DNA of 64,000 nt. Origin: Malacoraja senta (taxonomy: Eukaryota). Below, piece by piece: positions 1 to 11,956 of the stretch. Under the pieces are notes generated by a model. That model had not been told where the DNA came from and did not search any database. It worked only from the letters and a program-made list of their open reading frames with translations. The stretch's first letter is position 1, and each line of letters opens with the position of its first letter. The DNA lies in assembly GCA_038087875.1 (NCBI GenBank), contig CM075988.1, positions 14,882,001 through 14,946,000 of the forward strand, in the 5' to 3' direction. The translations under genes were made by a program, and so were the position numbers.

Positions 1-362
1 GGGGGGGTTGGGTTGAAGTAAAAAGGCAGTGCAAATGGTTGTTTGGTTTTTTTGGGGGTTGAAGTAAAAAGGCAGTGCAAATGGTTGTTTGGGGGGGGGT
101 TTGGATTGAAGTAAAAAGGCAGTGCAAATGGTTGTTTGGGGGGGGTGGGTTGAAGTAAAAAGGCAGTGCAAATGGTTGTTTGGGGGGGTGGGTTGAAGTA
201 AAAAGGCAGTGCAAATGGTTGTTTGTTTTTTTTTGGGGTTGAAGTAAAAAGGCAGTGCAAATGGATGTTGGGGGGGTTTGGGTTGAAGTAAAAAGGAAGT
301 GCAAATGGTTGTTTGGGGGGGGTGTTGGGTTGAAGTAAAAGGCAGTGCAAATGGTTGTTTGG
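1..362. repeat. Tandem repeat, ~45-bp unit, 8 copies (inside a Helitron-like element)
   Basis: The core GTTGAAGTAAAAAGGCAGTGCAAATGG recurs at about 12, 58, 105, 149, 192, 238, 282 and 329, separated by variable G/T runs. Confidence 0.95.
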
Positions 363-844
363 CTAAACTTGACAACTTCCTGTTTGCACTACATTGATTT
401 TAGATGAACCTGAATTTGGTGGCCTTGCACCCTGCTTGAAGTGGTATGAAACTGCACTTGAAATTTGTGGCCTTGCACCCTGCTTGAAATGGTAGGAAAA
501 TGGATTTGAATTTGGTGCCCTAGCACTCCGCTTGAAATGTAATTTCAAGGAATAGCCGTGAGTCAACTGCCAGCCCACCAGCCGTGAGTGAGCTGCCAGC
601 ACATCAAGCTTCAGGGACTGAGCTGCCACCCCAAGAATCCATTTGGCCCACAATGTCCATACTAACCCTCTGGAGACCAGTAGTCCCTGCAGCCAACAAC
701 ACCCATACCAGCACTCCAGAAAGCCCCCGCCCCCCCCCCCCCCACTGGCCACCAATATTGGAATTGGTGGAGAGGTGGAATATTGCGTTGGGGGACCAGC
801 CCTCCCGTGTGAACATGGGACCCAACGGGTCCCACTTAGTCTAG
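1..844 (+). mobile_element. Non-autonomous Helitron, 3' portion (5' end outside the window)
   Basis: Hairpin GGGACCC-AAC-GGGTCCC (817-833), then ACTTAGT, then CTAG (841-844) followed by T. About 580-844 is homologous in inverted orientation to about 12988-13270. Confidence 0.8.
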
Positions 845-1645
845 TACATTATTACAATCGAGCTGTCCACAGTTTACAGATACACCATAACAGGTTTGTG
901 AATGTTGACTTTGTGTTCTTACACTTCTCTGCCCACTTCTTGGGTACTTGGTATGCCTTCCTCTTGCACGCTTGTTTCTTTTATTGAAACAAAAAATTGC
1001 AAATGCTGTAAATCTGGAAGCAAAACAGAAAAAGCTGGAGGCACCCGTCAGGCTAAACAGCATCAGCAGAAGGAGAAACAAAAGATTGGCTTTTCGGGTC
1101 AAGGAACTTCAACAGAACTGGACAGGTCAGCAAACAGGTGCGCCTTATGTTGCAGAGTGGGGGAGCGGCAGAGGGAATGGCTGTGATAGGGCACAGGCTA
1201 AAGTTTTTAAATTGAAATAGGCAGATCGAGCCACATCTGTGGGGACAGAAAAAAGAAAAGGGGTAGTTGTCCAGTAATGAGTCCAATACGGGTTGCAACG
1301 TGCCAGACTAATATGAGGTGCTGACCCTAAGCTTATGATGGGCATGGTTGGAGAATTATAGGAGGCCAAAAAACAGAGAGCCAGTGTCAGAGAGATGGAG
1401 AATTAAAGAGACAGACAGCTGGAAGCTCAGGGTGGCCTTTTGGAGGTAATATGCAAAGTGATCACCGGGTCTGCTTTTGAAGAGAACACCATATTGTGAT
1501 GCTGTAAACCAATGGGGTTTTTTGTGGACGAGAATGTGCTGCTATGCATCTTTAATTCTTCTTATCGAGTCCACTTCACAAGATAGAAATTATTCAGCCA
1601 GAGCTGAACATACTTCTCGGCATCTGCATACAATGGTGTCAGTCT

Positions 1646-1735
1646 TGCTTCTTGTGCTTCTTGTGCTTCTTGTGCGTGGTGGTGGGAAGATTGGTGGAAA
1701 CAGGGCCGCGACGTGAACGCTCTTTCCTTGACCCC
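1646..1735 (-). mobile_element. ~90-bp retroposon: HDV-like ribozyme head plus (ACAAGAAGC)n tail
   Basis: The minus strand starts GGGGTC and ends in three 9-nt tail repeats. It shares TTCACGT and CCCTGTTTC with the element at 21336-21475. No clear TSD was seen. Confidence 0.65.
1684..1735 (-). ncRNA. Putative minimal HDV-like ribozyme (52 nt)
   Basis: Minus strand parses as GGGGUC-AA-GGAAAGA-GCG-UUCACGU-CGC-GGCCCU-GUUUCCA-CCAA-UCUUCCC, i.e. P1 (G1-U wobble), P2 (6/7 paired), P3, L3, P3', P1', vestigial P4, J4/2 CNAA, P2'. Confidence 0.7.
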
Positions 1736-1810
1736 AACCTTTAATTAAACCAATGTGCCACACATCGAGAAACCGAAATAACCTGTTTGTGGTGTTGGTA
1801 CGTTGTATCA

Positions 1811-2000
1811 GCAGGTACTATCACTAAATAAAGCATTGCTGTAAACTAATTTGGATCAAAGGTAAGAGAATTACTGCTTCAACTGGAAGGAATGTTTAGA
1901 TCCCTGAATGGTGGGAAGGAAAGAGTTAAAAAGGTTTCTGGTTTACCAGCCCTGACGAAGGGTCCTTGACCTGAAGAGTCAATACTGTTTCTCTACCCCT
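1811..2000 (+). repeat. Local direct duplication, copy A (copy B at 3558-3735)
   Basis: Both copies share GCAGGTACT..AAAGCATTGCTGTAAACTAATTTGG..GGTGGGAAGGAAAGAGTTAAAAAGG..GAAGGGTCCTTGACCTGAA. Confidence 0.85.
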
Positions 2001-2167
2001 CGACGGTGTATCACCTGCAGTGTGCCACCAGCACTTGCTTTTTTTATTCCTTTCATTTTTTGGAAGACCTTCATCAAGCTTTGAATCACCTCTCCTTAAA
2101 AAATATATTAATCAGTTGAGCATTCTATCAACGTGGAATCGGGAAAAGGCCATTTGGTCCATACTGG

Positions 2168-2468
2168 CTTAGTTACGTTTAGTTTGGAGGTACAGCGCGG
2201 ACACACCCTTCAGCCCACCAGGTCCGCACCAACCAGCGATCCTCACACACAAGCATTATCCTACACACTAGGGTTAATTTAGAATTTTACTGAAGCCAAT
2301 TAACCTACAAATCTGTACGTCTATGGAATGTGGTAGGAAACCAGAGGTCCCGGAGAAAACGCACGCTGTCACAGGGAGAATGTACAAATCCTGTACAGAT
2401 CGCACCCAGAGTGAGGATTGAACCCGGGTCTCTAGCGTTGTAAGGCAACAACTGTGCCACCGTGCCTC
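2168..2468 (-). mobile_element. HE1-type V-SINE
   Basis: Reverse complement of a tRNA-like head, the V-domain (GGTTTCCTNCCACA) and a CTAAA-type tail. Similar to 21706-22018. Confidence 0.85.
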
Positions 2469-3255
2469 CACTTGAAGGATTTATGCAGTTGCTTCACTTG
2501 CTCTACAATCCTTTTCTTTACAGCCATTATTAAATTTCCCTTAATTCTTCCATTTTAGCATTTTGTACTGCAACAACTCACTGCATGAAATGCCTGCCCA
2601 TCCCTCTTCTAATTCTTTTGTAAATTACCTCACAGAAGTACTTACCTCTTTTTTTCCAAAAGAGTGGTAAGCAGTTTCAAATGATTAGAATTATCCTTAT
2701 TCGAATAGATTTTGTTGGGAGGTATTGTGCACTCGAGCTATAATCTACTTTTATCTCTTCCAAGCTGATTCCTTTAACTGCTGGGACATCCAATGGCAAT
2801 GAAAATATAATATGGAACACAATTGAAAAGAGGTTTCTATACCTGCTCATCCTTGCAGACAATGAACTGCAGTTTCATTCTTGTGGTGTCTCATTGACTC
2901 ATAATCTCCTCCAAGGCCATGGATAATCGTGCTCATTCTCTTCTACACAGTTTCTAATGCCTCAACAAATGTTCTAAGAAAGAGAGAGCAAAACTCCACA
3001 CCATTCTCTGAGAAGAAATATACCATTATTCCTCATTTCAAGCAATCACAATTTTAAATCCTTTAATGCCCTGTGACCATTGAATAAGAAGTATATTTAA
3101 GACAAAGTGATTTCTCTACTACATTAATTTTTCTCATTAAAATGTCTCAAAAAAATAATCTCCACCACAGTAGAAAATGTTTAAATCCATCTGCTAATTA
3201 ACGTGATTCCAATGAAGACAAGCATAACAATGAGATTTTTTATTATTATTGTTTT

Positions 3256-4215
3256 AGAATATAGAACATAGTAAAGTACAGCACAGGAACAGGTCCTTCG
3301 GCCTTATGTCAAGATAGACCAATCTCATCTGCTTCCACAAGATTCATGTCCCTCCATTTCTACACACACATGTGCCTATCTAACAGCCTCTGAAACACCA
3401 CTATTGTATCTGCTTCCACATCACCCCTGGTGGTACATCACCAGCATCTCCCACTCCCTATGTATTAAAAAAAAAGCCCTGCATATCTACTTTATACTCC
3501 CTCCCCCTCTCTCACCTTAAAGCCACGCCCTTTAGTATTTGACTAAATAATGTTTCGGCAGGTACTGTCACTAAAAAAAAGCATTGCTGTAAACTAATTT
3601 GGAACAAAGGTACGAGTGGGAGGACTGTATAGATCCCTGGATGGTGGGAAGGAAAGAGTTAAAAAGGGTTTCTGGTTTTCCAGCTCTGATGAAGGGTCCT
3701 TGACCTGAAAAATCAACACTGTTTCTCTCCCCCTGGATAAAATGAGGTCGGTCGGACTGTCTATCCGATCTGTGCCTCTCATAATTTTAACAACTTTTAT
3801 CAGGTCTCCCCTCAGCCTTCTATACTCCAGAGAAAACAATCCAAGTTTGTCCAAACTCTCCATATGGTGAATACTCTCTAGTCCACTGCAACCTGGTAAA
3901 CTTTTTCTAAATATCTCTCGAATGCTACTATCACTTCTGACTCTACCACCATCCCTGGAAGTTCGTTCCAGACACCCACCACCCTCTGTGTAAAAAAACC
4001 TGCCCCGCACAAGCTTTAAACGATACCTCTCTACCTTAAAGCTATGCCCTCTAGTCTTTGGCATTTCCACCCTTGGAAAAAGATTTTGACTGTCTACCCT
4101 ATCTATGCCTCTTGTAATTTTATAAACTTCTATCAGGTCTCTGTTCAATTTTATAAACTTCTATCAGGTCCCAGCATTCCAGAGAAAACAATCCATGTTT
4201 GTCCAACAAACTTGC
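3256..4215 (-). mobile_element. CR1/HER1-like LINE 3' fragments, interrupted at 3558-3735
   Basis: ORF 3594..4148 contains the CR1 ORF2 C-terminal motifs DLIEVYKI..GIDRVD..LFP..TRGH and LGLFSLE.RRLRGDLI. Confidence 0.85.
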
Positions 4216-4744
4216 ACTTGAAACAAATTAAAAAGTTTTACACAATAAAAATTCTGTAAATATCAGGAGTGTGCTAATATTATTGATATGATGGATTTTA
4301 GTATGCCAATGTCATGAAAAATATTTAATTGATCATAGCTCCAGATGCAATAAGCAATAAAATAAACTCACTGATAACATGTACCTTATTGTTTCTTATT
4401 CACAAGTGTATACTTGATGTAATCACAATCTGAGTTTATCAGCAGCCTACACATCTTAGGAAAAGTCTTGTTTTGTCACCAACTGCAAATAGCCACTGTG
4501 GGTTTGTGTAATAACCCTGATAAAGGAGATACCATCTGCAAAGCATAATAAATCAAAAGCTCTGTGACTGAGTATTGATCAATTAAGATTTATGTTAAAT
4601 TAATAAACCGGCAAGAGTTCTCTCAATAACAGAAGTTCAAGATAGCTGATAAGGGGTCAGCACTGCAACTGACCATTATCATCACTCACTGCAAATTTAA
4701 GACTATGGTTATACTTAAACAAGCACTTAATCACTCTACAAACA

Positions 4745-5085
4745 AAGAACTGTGGATGCTGGAGAATACATAAAGGACACAAAGTACTGGAGTAACTCTG
4801 CAGGAGAACATGGAGAAGAGGCGTTTTGGGTCGTTTCGTTGTCACCTTCCGCTCAGCTAACAATAAAGCATTGAGCATCGTCGGGTTTGATCTGTCATTT
4901 TCACACTTTAGCCTTCCATGTCTCTAGTCTCCCTCTCCCCTGACTCTCAGTCTGAAGAAGGGTCTCGACCCGAAAGATCTCCCATTCCTTCTCTCCAGAG
5001 ATGCTGCCTGTCCCACTGAGTTTCTCCAGCATTTTATGTCTATCTTCAGTGTAAACCAGCATCTGCAGTTCCCTCCTACACTTCT
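4745..5085. mobile_element. Penelope-like element 3' end, head-to-head inverted arrangement
   Basis: A minus-strand piece at about 4745-4833 is followed by a plus-strand CTGAAGAAGGGTCTCGACCCGAAA..GATGCTGCCTG..CCAGCATCTGCAGTTCC. Same family as 16488-16830. Confidence 0.75.
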
Positions 5086-5436
5086 ACCAAGATATCAGGT
5101 GATTCTTCGATCATGGCCTATCTAAAACATAGCTGCTTTCCCATGCACTTTCCCATGCGATGGTCTGAAGGGAATATTATCCACAAGATAACACCATCAA
5201 GCACATTGATCACACAATCACTGTAACAGTGAAACGTAATCAGAAATACCCAGCTCAATCCCCGTGATGGTGCTGAACATAACAAAGAGATTGCAGCTGC
5301 CATTTTGTCACTCACCGATCCAGGCTGAATCCCACTGTGGTGAATAAATAAACATAGCAAATACAAATCTGGAACTCTGTCTTATGGAGCAGTTATAAAA
5401 TAAAGTTTTATCATGAAATGCCCTCAGATATAATGA

Positions 5437-5530
5437 AGGTAGACAAAAATGCTGGAGAAACTCGGAGGGTGAGGCAGCATCTATGGAGTGAAGGAAATAG
5501 GCGACGTTTCGGGTCGAGACCCTTCATCAG
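5437..5530 (-). mobile_element. Penelope-like 3' fragment with an intact hammerhead-like core
   Basis: The minus strand of 5503-5530 reads CTGATGA-A-GGGTCTCGACCC-GAAACGTC. Confidence 0.75.
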
Positions 5531-6410
5531 ATATAATGAATGCTCTTTTGGTGCAGGGAAAGTCTGACCCAGGAAATTAATTGAGATCAACAAATAGCCT
5601 GAACCAGGCCGAAATAAAACATATTACTAATGTATTGGCCTTTTTGTTTTCTTTGCAAGATAAAACTATCTCTCCAATGACTTCTGTGCCTCCTTGGCCG
5701 ATTATAAGAATAAACTTAATTTTTTTCCAGTCCGAGCATTGTACACAAAACTAATCATGTTTTGGTTTGTGACTGCAACTTCGAATAAGATGTGAATCCA
5801 CAAGTCAATTCCACTTGTATTCTGAGATAATTAGGGCATTTATCTCCATCTTGATCCATGCCAAGTCTGTCATCAGTCACTGCTGCAGAAAATATATAAG
5901 CCCTTTGCAGAGTGAATGAGGTAATAAAATGTGAGATATTCTCAGGCCTCCGTTTGTTCTCGTTTCTCAGGAACATAAAAGCCTCTGTCCATCAAATACT
6001 AATTTTGCTTATTTGTTGTTTATTCCTAATGTATAAAAAAATGATGAAACTTTGTGCAGTAAATTGCTGCATGTTCCAATTCCAAATAAGCAGTAATTGT
6101 TTACTTAATTGGGATCCCCTCAGCACCATTAACACACTTTTCATAATTAGTTTCATTCAAAATATGAATGGTATAACATCAGGGCACCGTGCACTTAAGC
6201 ACACATTGCATTTTAAAGATCTTCATCTGCACTAATTTTTTAATATAATTCTGTTAATTATATTGCAAGTGTATTTTAATTATAATTATAAATAATCAGA
6301 AAGATCATTCTGAATTTTAATGTAGTTTCACACTCACTTGAGGTCATTTCATGGACCATGAGAAATAAATTGAGCTAAATTGGTGTGTTTGCTGGCATTA
6401 CTCAGGCAAA

Positions 6411-6765
6411 GATGTACAAAATCATGAGAGGAATAGATTGGGTAAAAGCACAGAGTCTTTTGCCCAGAGTAGGGTAATCAAGAACCAGAGGACATAGGTT
6501 TAAGGTAAGGGGCAAAATATTTAATGTTAACCTAAAGCGTAACTAGTTCTTTACACAAAGGGTGGTGGGAGTATGGAACAAGCTGCCATGGTGAGGCAGG
6601 TACTATTGCAATGTTTCAGAAACATTTGGGCAGGTACATGGATAGGATAGAGAGGGATGTGGGCCAAACACAGTCAGATGGGACTAGTGTAGATGGGGCA
6701 TGTTGGTCGGTGTGGGCAGGTTGGGCCAAAGGGCCTGTTTCCACGCTGTACGGCTCTTTGACTCT
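6411..6765 (+). mobile_element. CR1/HER1-like 3' end
   Basis: Translates YKIMRGID..RTRGHRFKV and ends with the tail GGGCCAAAGGGCCTGTTTCCACGCTGTA. Confidence 0.85.
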
Positions 6766-8407
6766 AAGATGACGTAGAAAATGGGGTTCAACTTGCAGAT
6801 GCATTTTCTGAAGGAAATCATCAAAATACTGCCTTCATGAAAGGATTTGCAGTGTGAGGGGCTGAATCACCATCAGTAATGAGCTGGGTAACAAAACATG
6901 GCCAACATAGTACTGAAGCTCTTTGAAGCTGTTGCTACTATTTTGTAACTGCAGCCTGTGTCTCCTTTCAATCTTAGCTGCACACAGTATGAAACAGAAT
7001 GAGTGATGCTCATTCTGAACCAGCACAGTTTGTATCCTCTTTGCAATTGTACACATTCCACAACTTGACTGGAGTTTTAGCACTCTGCAGCGATACAGCC
7101 CGGTGATTTTATTTTGATTTTCATGTTAAAAATGTATGTAGCCTGCAAGGACCTCCACTGTGAATTGAATAAGAGTGAGTAAGGAGAGCCCCCACAGATA
7201 AGGAGGGAGGTTCTCAGTGTGAAACCATCTATTTAAGGTCTTCAGTGAACATCAATGCCTTCTGATTTTGAATGCACATGGAGTTTGCGGGTGGACCATG
7301 GCTCTTTGCCTTCATACGTCTGCTTCCTCCAAGGCTGCTGCAGGAGAGAAGCTTGCCGTTTGTATTGCTATTCTATGCAAGCAAGGTCCTTGGACTTCAG
7401 TGCATAAAGTATCGTCGGCCGCCTGTACAAAGTGCACATTGACAAGCCTGTTCCTCAGCAAAAGATACATTTTTAAATCGGTCAGAAAAACACTTCCCCT
7501 CCCCTGGCGTGTGGTCACGGGCATCGATTCCTATCTCTCAATGGACCTGAACCTGGTGGCAGTAACGATCCTTTCATTCTACTACCATCCTCTGCTCCAC
7601 AGCGAGTCAAAGATTGGCCACTGGGCAACAAGGTCAACAAGGTGCATGACTGCAGTCCTAAGCCTATGAACTTGAGGTCAATAGAGGCCATTGACAAATG
7701 TTGCTCTAGCTACTACAAGACCTGGTATAAAGTTACCATCTTTCCATGTAGTTTTACACTCATTTGAGGTGATTTCATGGAGCATGAGAACGAAATTATT
7801 CTGTGGTGTATGGTCTGTGACTGTGTCGACTGTGGTGTACAGACAGCAGTTCTGCTGACGGTCACTCTGGAGGAGCCCAGCCCTCCTCATCTGAATGGCA
7901 TGAAGATTTGTGGCAGTCTGCTGCACAATCTGGTCATTGAGTGAATTGTCCCTGCCACCATCATTCGGTCCATGTGCTGGAGAACAGGGACTAGGAAAAG
8001 GTGGAAGGAGGGAGGGGAGTGAGCTGAGAGGTAGAGAAAAGAGAAAAGAGAAGAAAGGGAAGAAGGGAAGGGCAGGTTAGAGAGAATGCCAAGCAATAAT
8101 GAAGGGCTGGGTAGAGAGAACGCACAGATAAGGGAAGGGAGGATCATGTAGGGAAGGAAGGAAAGCTTAGGGTAGGTTAGTGACACAGGAGGGAAAGGAA
8201 AATAAGGCAAGTACAGGAAAATCTAAGAGCTTCTGCCCAGGTGCACCAAACAATGGCAAAGGAAATAGTTTGACATAAAGACTTGGTTGAAAAGATTCAA
8301 GAAGTGAGATGCTCGATTAGTGCAAGGATGGGTGTTCCAGCTACGACATTTGCTGAAACTCAAAGGTTAATAGAGACAATACCAATATAGTGGCAAAGGC
8401 TCAAGAG

Positions 8408-8738
8408 TTTAGTTTAGTTTAGTTTAGAGATACAGCATGGAAACAGCCCTTCGGCCTACCGAGTCTGCACCGACCAGCGATCCCCGCACATTAACACTAT
8501 CCTATGCAGACTAGGGACAATTTACACTTATACCAAGTCAATTTACCTACATACCTGTACGTCTTTGGAGTGTGGGAGTGTGGGAGAAAACCGAAGATCT
8601 CGGAGAAAACCCACGCAGTCACAGGGAGAAGGTACAAACTCCGTACAGACAGCACCCAGAGTCTGGATCGAATCCGGGTCTCTGGTGCTGTCAATGCTGT
8701 AAGGCAGCAACTCTACTGCTGTGCCACTGTGTCACCCT
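8408..8738 (-). mobile_element. HE1-type V-SINE, near full length
   Basis: (TTTAG)n tail at the left end, V-domain, and tRNA-like head at the right end. Confidence 0.9.
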
Positions 8739-10739
8739 GTTTAGTCATAATAAAAGTATAAAAGTATAAGGGTAGACAAAACCCAGTGAATCATTTAAAC
8801 TTGGAAACGTATAACCATTGTTACCTATTTCCACCACTTATTTTCTTTTAAAGTAAATGAATATGCCATCATTATATCAAGCGTTTGATCTGATGTATTA
8901 TTGCGAATGTGTGCAGTCTGAGTAGAAACTTGGATGAACCAAAAACACCTTTCATTTTTCTTTTTCCCCTGCACATTCACATTCTGCACCCAAGACTAGG
9001 AGCTCATAGGGGGGATAGACACAGAATGGCTGAAGTGGCTCAGCAGGACAAACAGCATCACAGGAGAATGTGGATAGGCAATGTTTTGGGTCAGGACCCT
9101 TCTTCCAAATGAAAGTGTGAATAGTTATCACTGTTCTCCAGAGACGCTGCCCGACCCACTGAACTACTCCAGCACTCTGTGTCTTCATTTGCAAACCAGC
9201 ATCTGCAATTCTTTGTTCCTACAACTCATGGGGTGGAGGGGGGGAGGGGCGTGGGAGGGGGAGGGGGGATGTACGTGATGTACATCTCACGTTGTTTTAC
9301 AAAATAAACTAGAGTACTTGCGCTGAAAGATGAGATCTCAACAAGGTTTCAATTGCCATTGCCTCTTAAATATATGTCCTCCTGAGAGCCATGAAAAGCA
9401 ATGAAAGAATTGTAAGACTGTGTGAAGTTTTGGCCTGAAGGAGCATTAAATGTGGAACTAGTTGATGGGAACATTTTGCGGTAAGCAATCTCAGGGTGTC
9501 TGTGAGATATATGATAGCACCGGGTCATCAGCCCTTGCCTGAGTCCATGAAACATCTTGCCTCCTCATAAATCTGTTCCTTTATCCTGGGGCTGAAGCAA
9601 AAAACTTGATGCCTTGTTATTTTCAACTGGCAAGAACAGCACATTTATTCCACTGCCTACTGCTTCATCACATCACTTGTCCAAAGAAAACATCTTGCAC
9701 TTTCTCACTGAAGTACTTTTCATATATTTATCTCTGCCACTATTCCCCTCCATCTGCCTTCAAGGTTTGGAGAAATCTAAACGTTATTTGGATACTTGCT
9801 AGAACAAATTTCACCCTCACAAGCAATCACTTACATCGAAGAGTACACATCCTAAGCAAGCCAGATTTCCTGTTCCCTTCATTAAACTTGCAATGCCAGC
9901 TATGAATAATGCTTTAAAAGTTTTTCAAAACTGCTGACACTGGAACTCTGAAGAGAACAGAAAATGTAGGAAATAGGGTTAATGTTTTGGGTTGATGGTA
10001 TTTGATCAGTACAGTTTTACTGAAACGAAGATAGACACAAAAAGCTGGAGGTACTCAGCGGGACAGGCAACATCTCTGGAGGGAAGAAATGGGTGACGTT
10101 TTACTGAAACATTAGCTCCGATGCTCTCCGTAGATGCTGCCTGACATGCTGGGCCTTTCCACCATTTTCTGTTCATGTTATGCACAAGGGTTTAAGGGGA
10201 AACTGGGAGAGTCAGTTCACGATTCCGCTGGCTGTCTTTGATTTAAGCTTCAATAGTAATAAACATGGGCTGGAAATAGTTTTGAATGTCATTTCCCCCA
10301 CAACACTCTAGTTTGTTAATAAAGAAGACACAGAGACTGCAGATGCTGAAATCTGCAGCAAAAAAGGAGAGCAACTGGAGGAACCCAACAGGTCAGGCAG
10401 CAGCTGTGAAAAAAAAATGAACAGTCGACAGTCAACAAAGGTCTTCGCTCAACCAGAACAATAAAAGAGATCCCTATTTCAAATTGAAGGCTTATTTTCT
10501 TGCTTACAATCTAAGAAAGTTATTTTCTAAAATGGTGGATAAAAATCAATGTACCAATAAATCAGCTCCCAGTAGAAACAAGGAACTGCAGATGTCGGTT
10601 AACAAATCAGCTCCGAGCTCAGACAGCCAAACCAAAGTGTTTGAAGTATTCTTTGTAAGCACTCTTCTTCAATGGTTCAATGGCACTTTATTGTCACCTG
10701 TACCTACGTACAGTAAAATTCTTGTTTTGCATACATTAT

Positions 10740-11057
10740 TTAGTTTAGTTTAGAAATATAGTGCGGAAACAGGCCCTTCGGCCCACCGAGTCCTCGCCGA
10801 CCAGCGATCCCAGCACATTAACACCATCCTACACACACTGGGGACAATTTACACTTATACCAAGCCAATTTACCTACACACCTGTACGTCTTTAGAGTGT
10901 AGAAGGAAACCGAAGATCTCGGAGAAAACCCACGCGATCACGGGGAGAACGTACAAACTCCGAACATACATCATCTGTAGTCGGGATCGAACCTGGGTCT
11001 CCGGCGCTGCAAGTGTTGTAAGGCAACAACTCTACCACTGCACCACCGTGCTGCCCT
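10740..11057 (-). mobile_element. HE1-type V-SINE, near full length
   Basis: Same layout as 8408-8738. Confidence 0.9.
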
Positions 11058-11298
11058 GATTTCTGATCCATAAATAGACTAGAGTGAGAAGCAGCTGAGC
11101 TATAACTCCGTTTTACTGTGTAGAGATATCCAGCTGTCTCATGTCTTCTGTCAAATGTGTGCTATGACTAATTTTCAATAAATTAAATTGATGGATTTAA
11201 CAGACAGGCATCAGATAGCATGTCAGCGGAAAACATAATCAGACAGCTTTGCAACTTCCTATTTAAATTCCCAACTTTCTCCGTAACATGGACACATC

Positions 11299-11333
11299 AA
11301 CTAAACTAAACTAAACTAAACTAAACTAAACTA
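11299..11333. repeat. (CTAAA)n microsatellite
   Basis: Directly visible pentamer run, identical to the SINE/LINE tail unit. Confidence 0.9.
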
Positions 11334-11756
11334 TCCCCTAACATGTCTCAGTCTTGTTGCCAAACTTATATAATCCTGTGTTTTGATAGATATGTGGAAC
11401 ACAAGTTTATTTTGCAGGTTACATATTAAACAGTCCATTAAAACACATTTATTCATTTTTGCTCTAATTGTATTCAAAAATTATCCATTGGAATAATTCG
11501 CAATTTAGAATATTTGCATGGACTCAGAAACATCTCCTCCAACCAATCAGGTGGAAACTGCTTGTTTGATTTTGCTCAAACATGCTTATTCTCATTCACT
11601 ATTTATAGTGTTTCAAAGAACTCTCAATCCTTGCATTATTCCTTGCACTGATCATTTCTATGTGGAATCTTTGCCATCAAATAATAACATCAAGATACAA
11701 ATTAAATATTAATTATACGCAGATGGATGCATTATAGCATTGGGACTGCTACACCG

Positions 11757-11956
11757 NNNNNNNNNNNNNNNNNNNNNNNNNNNNNNNNNNNNNNNNNNNN
11801 NNNNNNNNNNNNNNNNNNNNNNNNNNNNNNNNNNNNNNNNNNNNNNNNNNNNNNNNNNNNNNNNNNNNNNNNNNNNNNNNNNNNNNNNNNNNNNNNNNNN
11901 NNNNNNNNNNNNNNNNNNNNNNNNNNNNNNNNNNNNNNNNNNNNNNNNNNNNNNNN
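11757..11956. other. Assembly gap (200 N)
   Basis: Run of exactly 200 N. Confidence 1.

Noticed and set aside
1..362. CRISPR-like repeat-spacer appearance (also 13700-14405)
   Set aside because: The spacers are G/T homopolymer variants rather than unique sequences. The context is eukaryotic and there are no cas genes.
7980..8225. Purine-rich tract with a hydrophobic antisense ORF
   Set aside because: Low-complexity GA-rich sequence.
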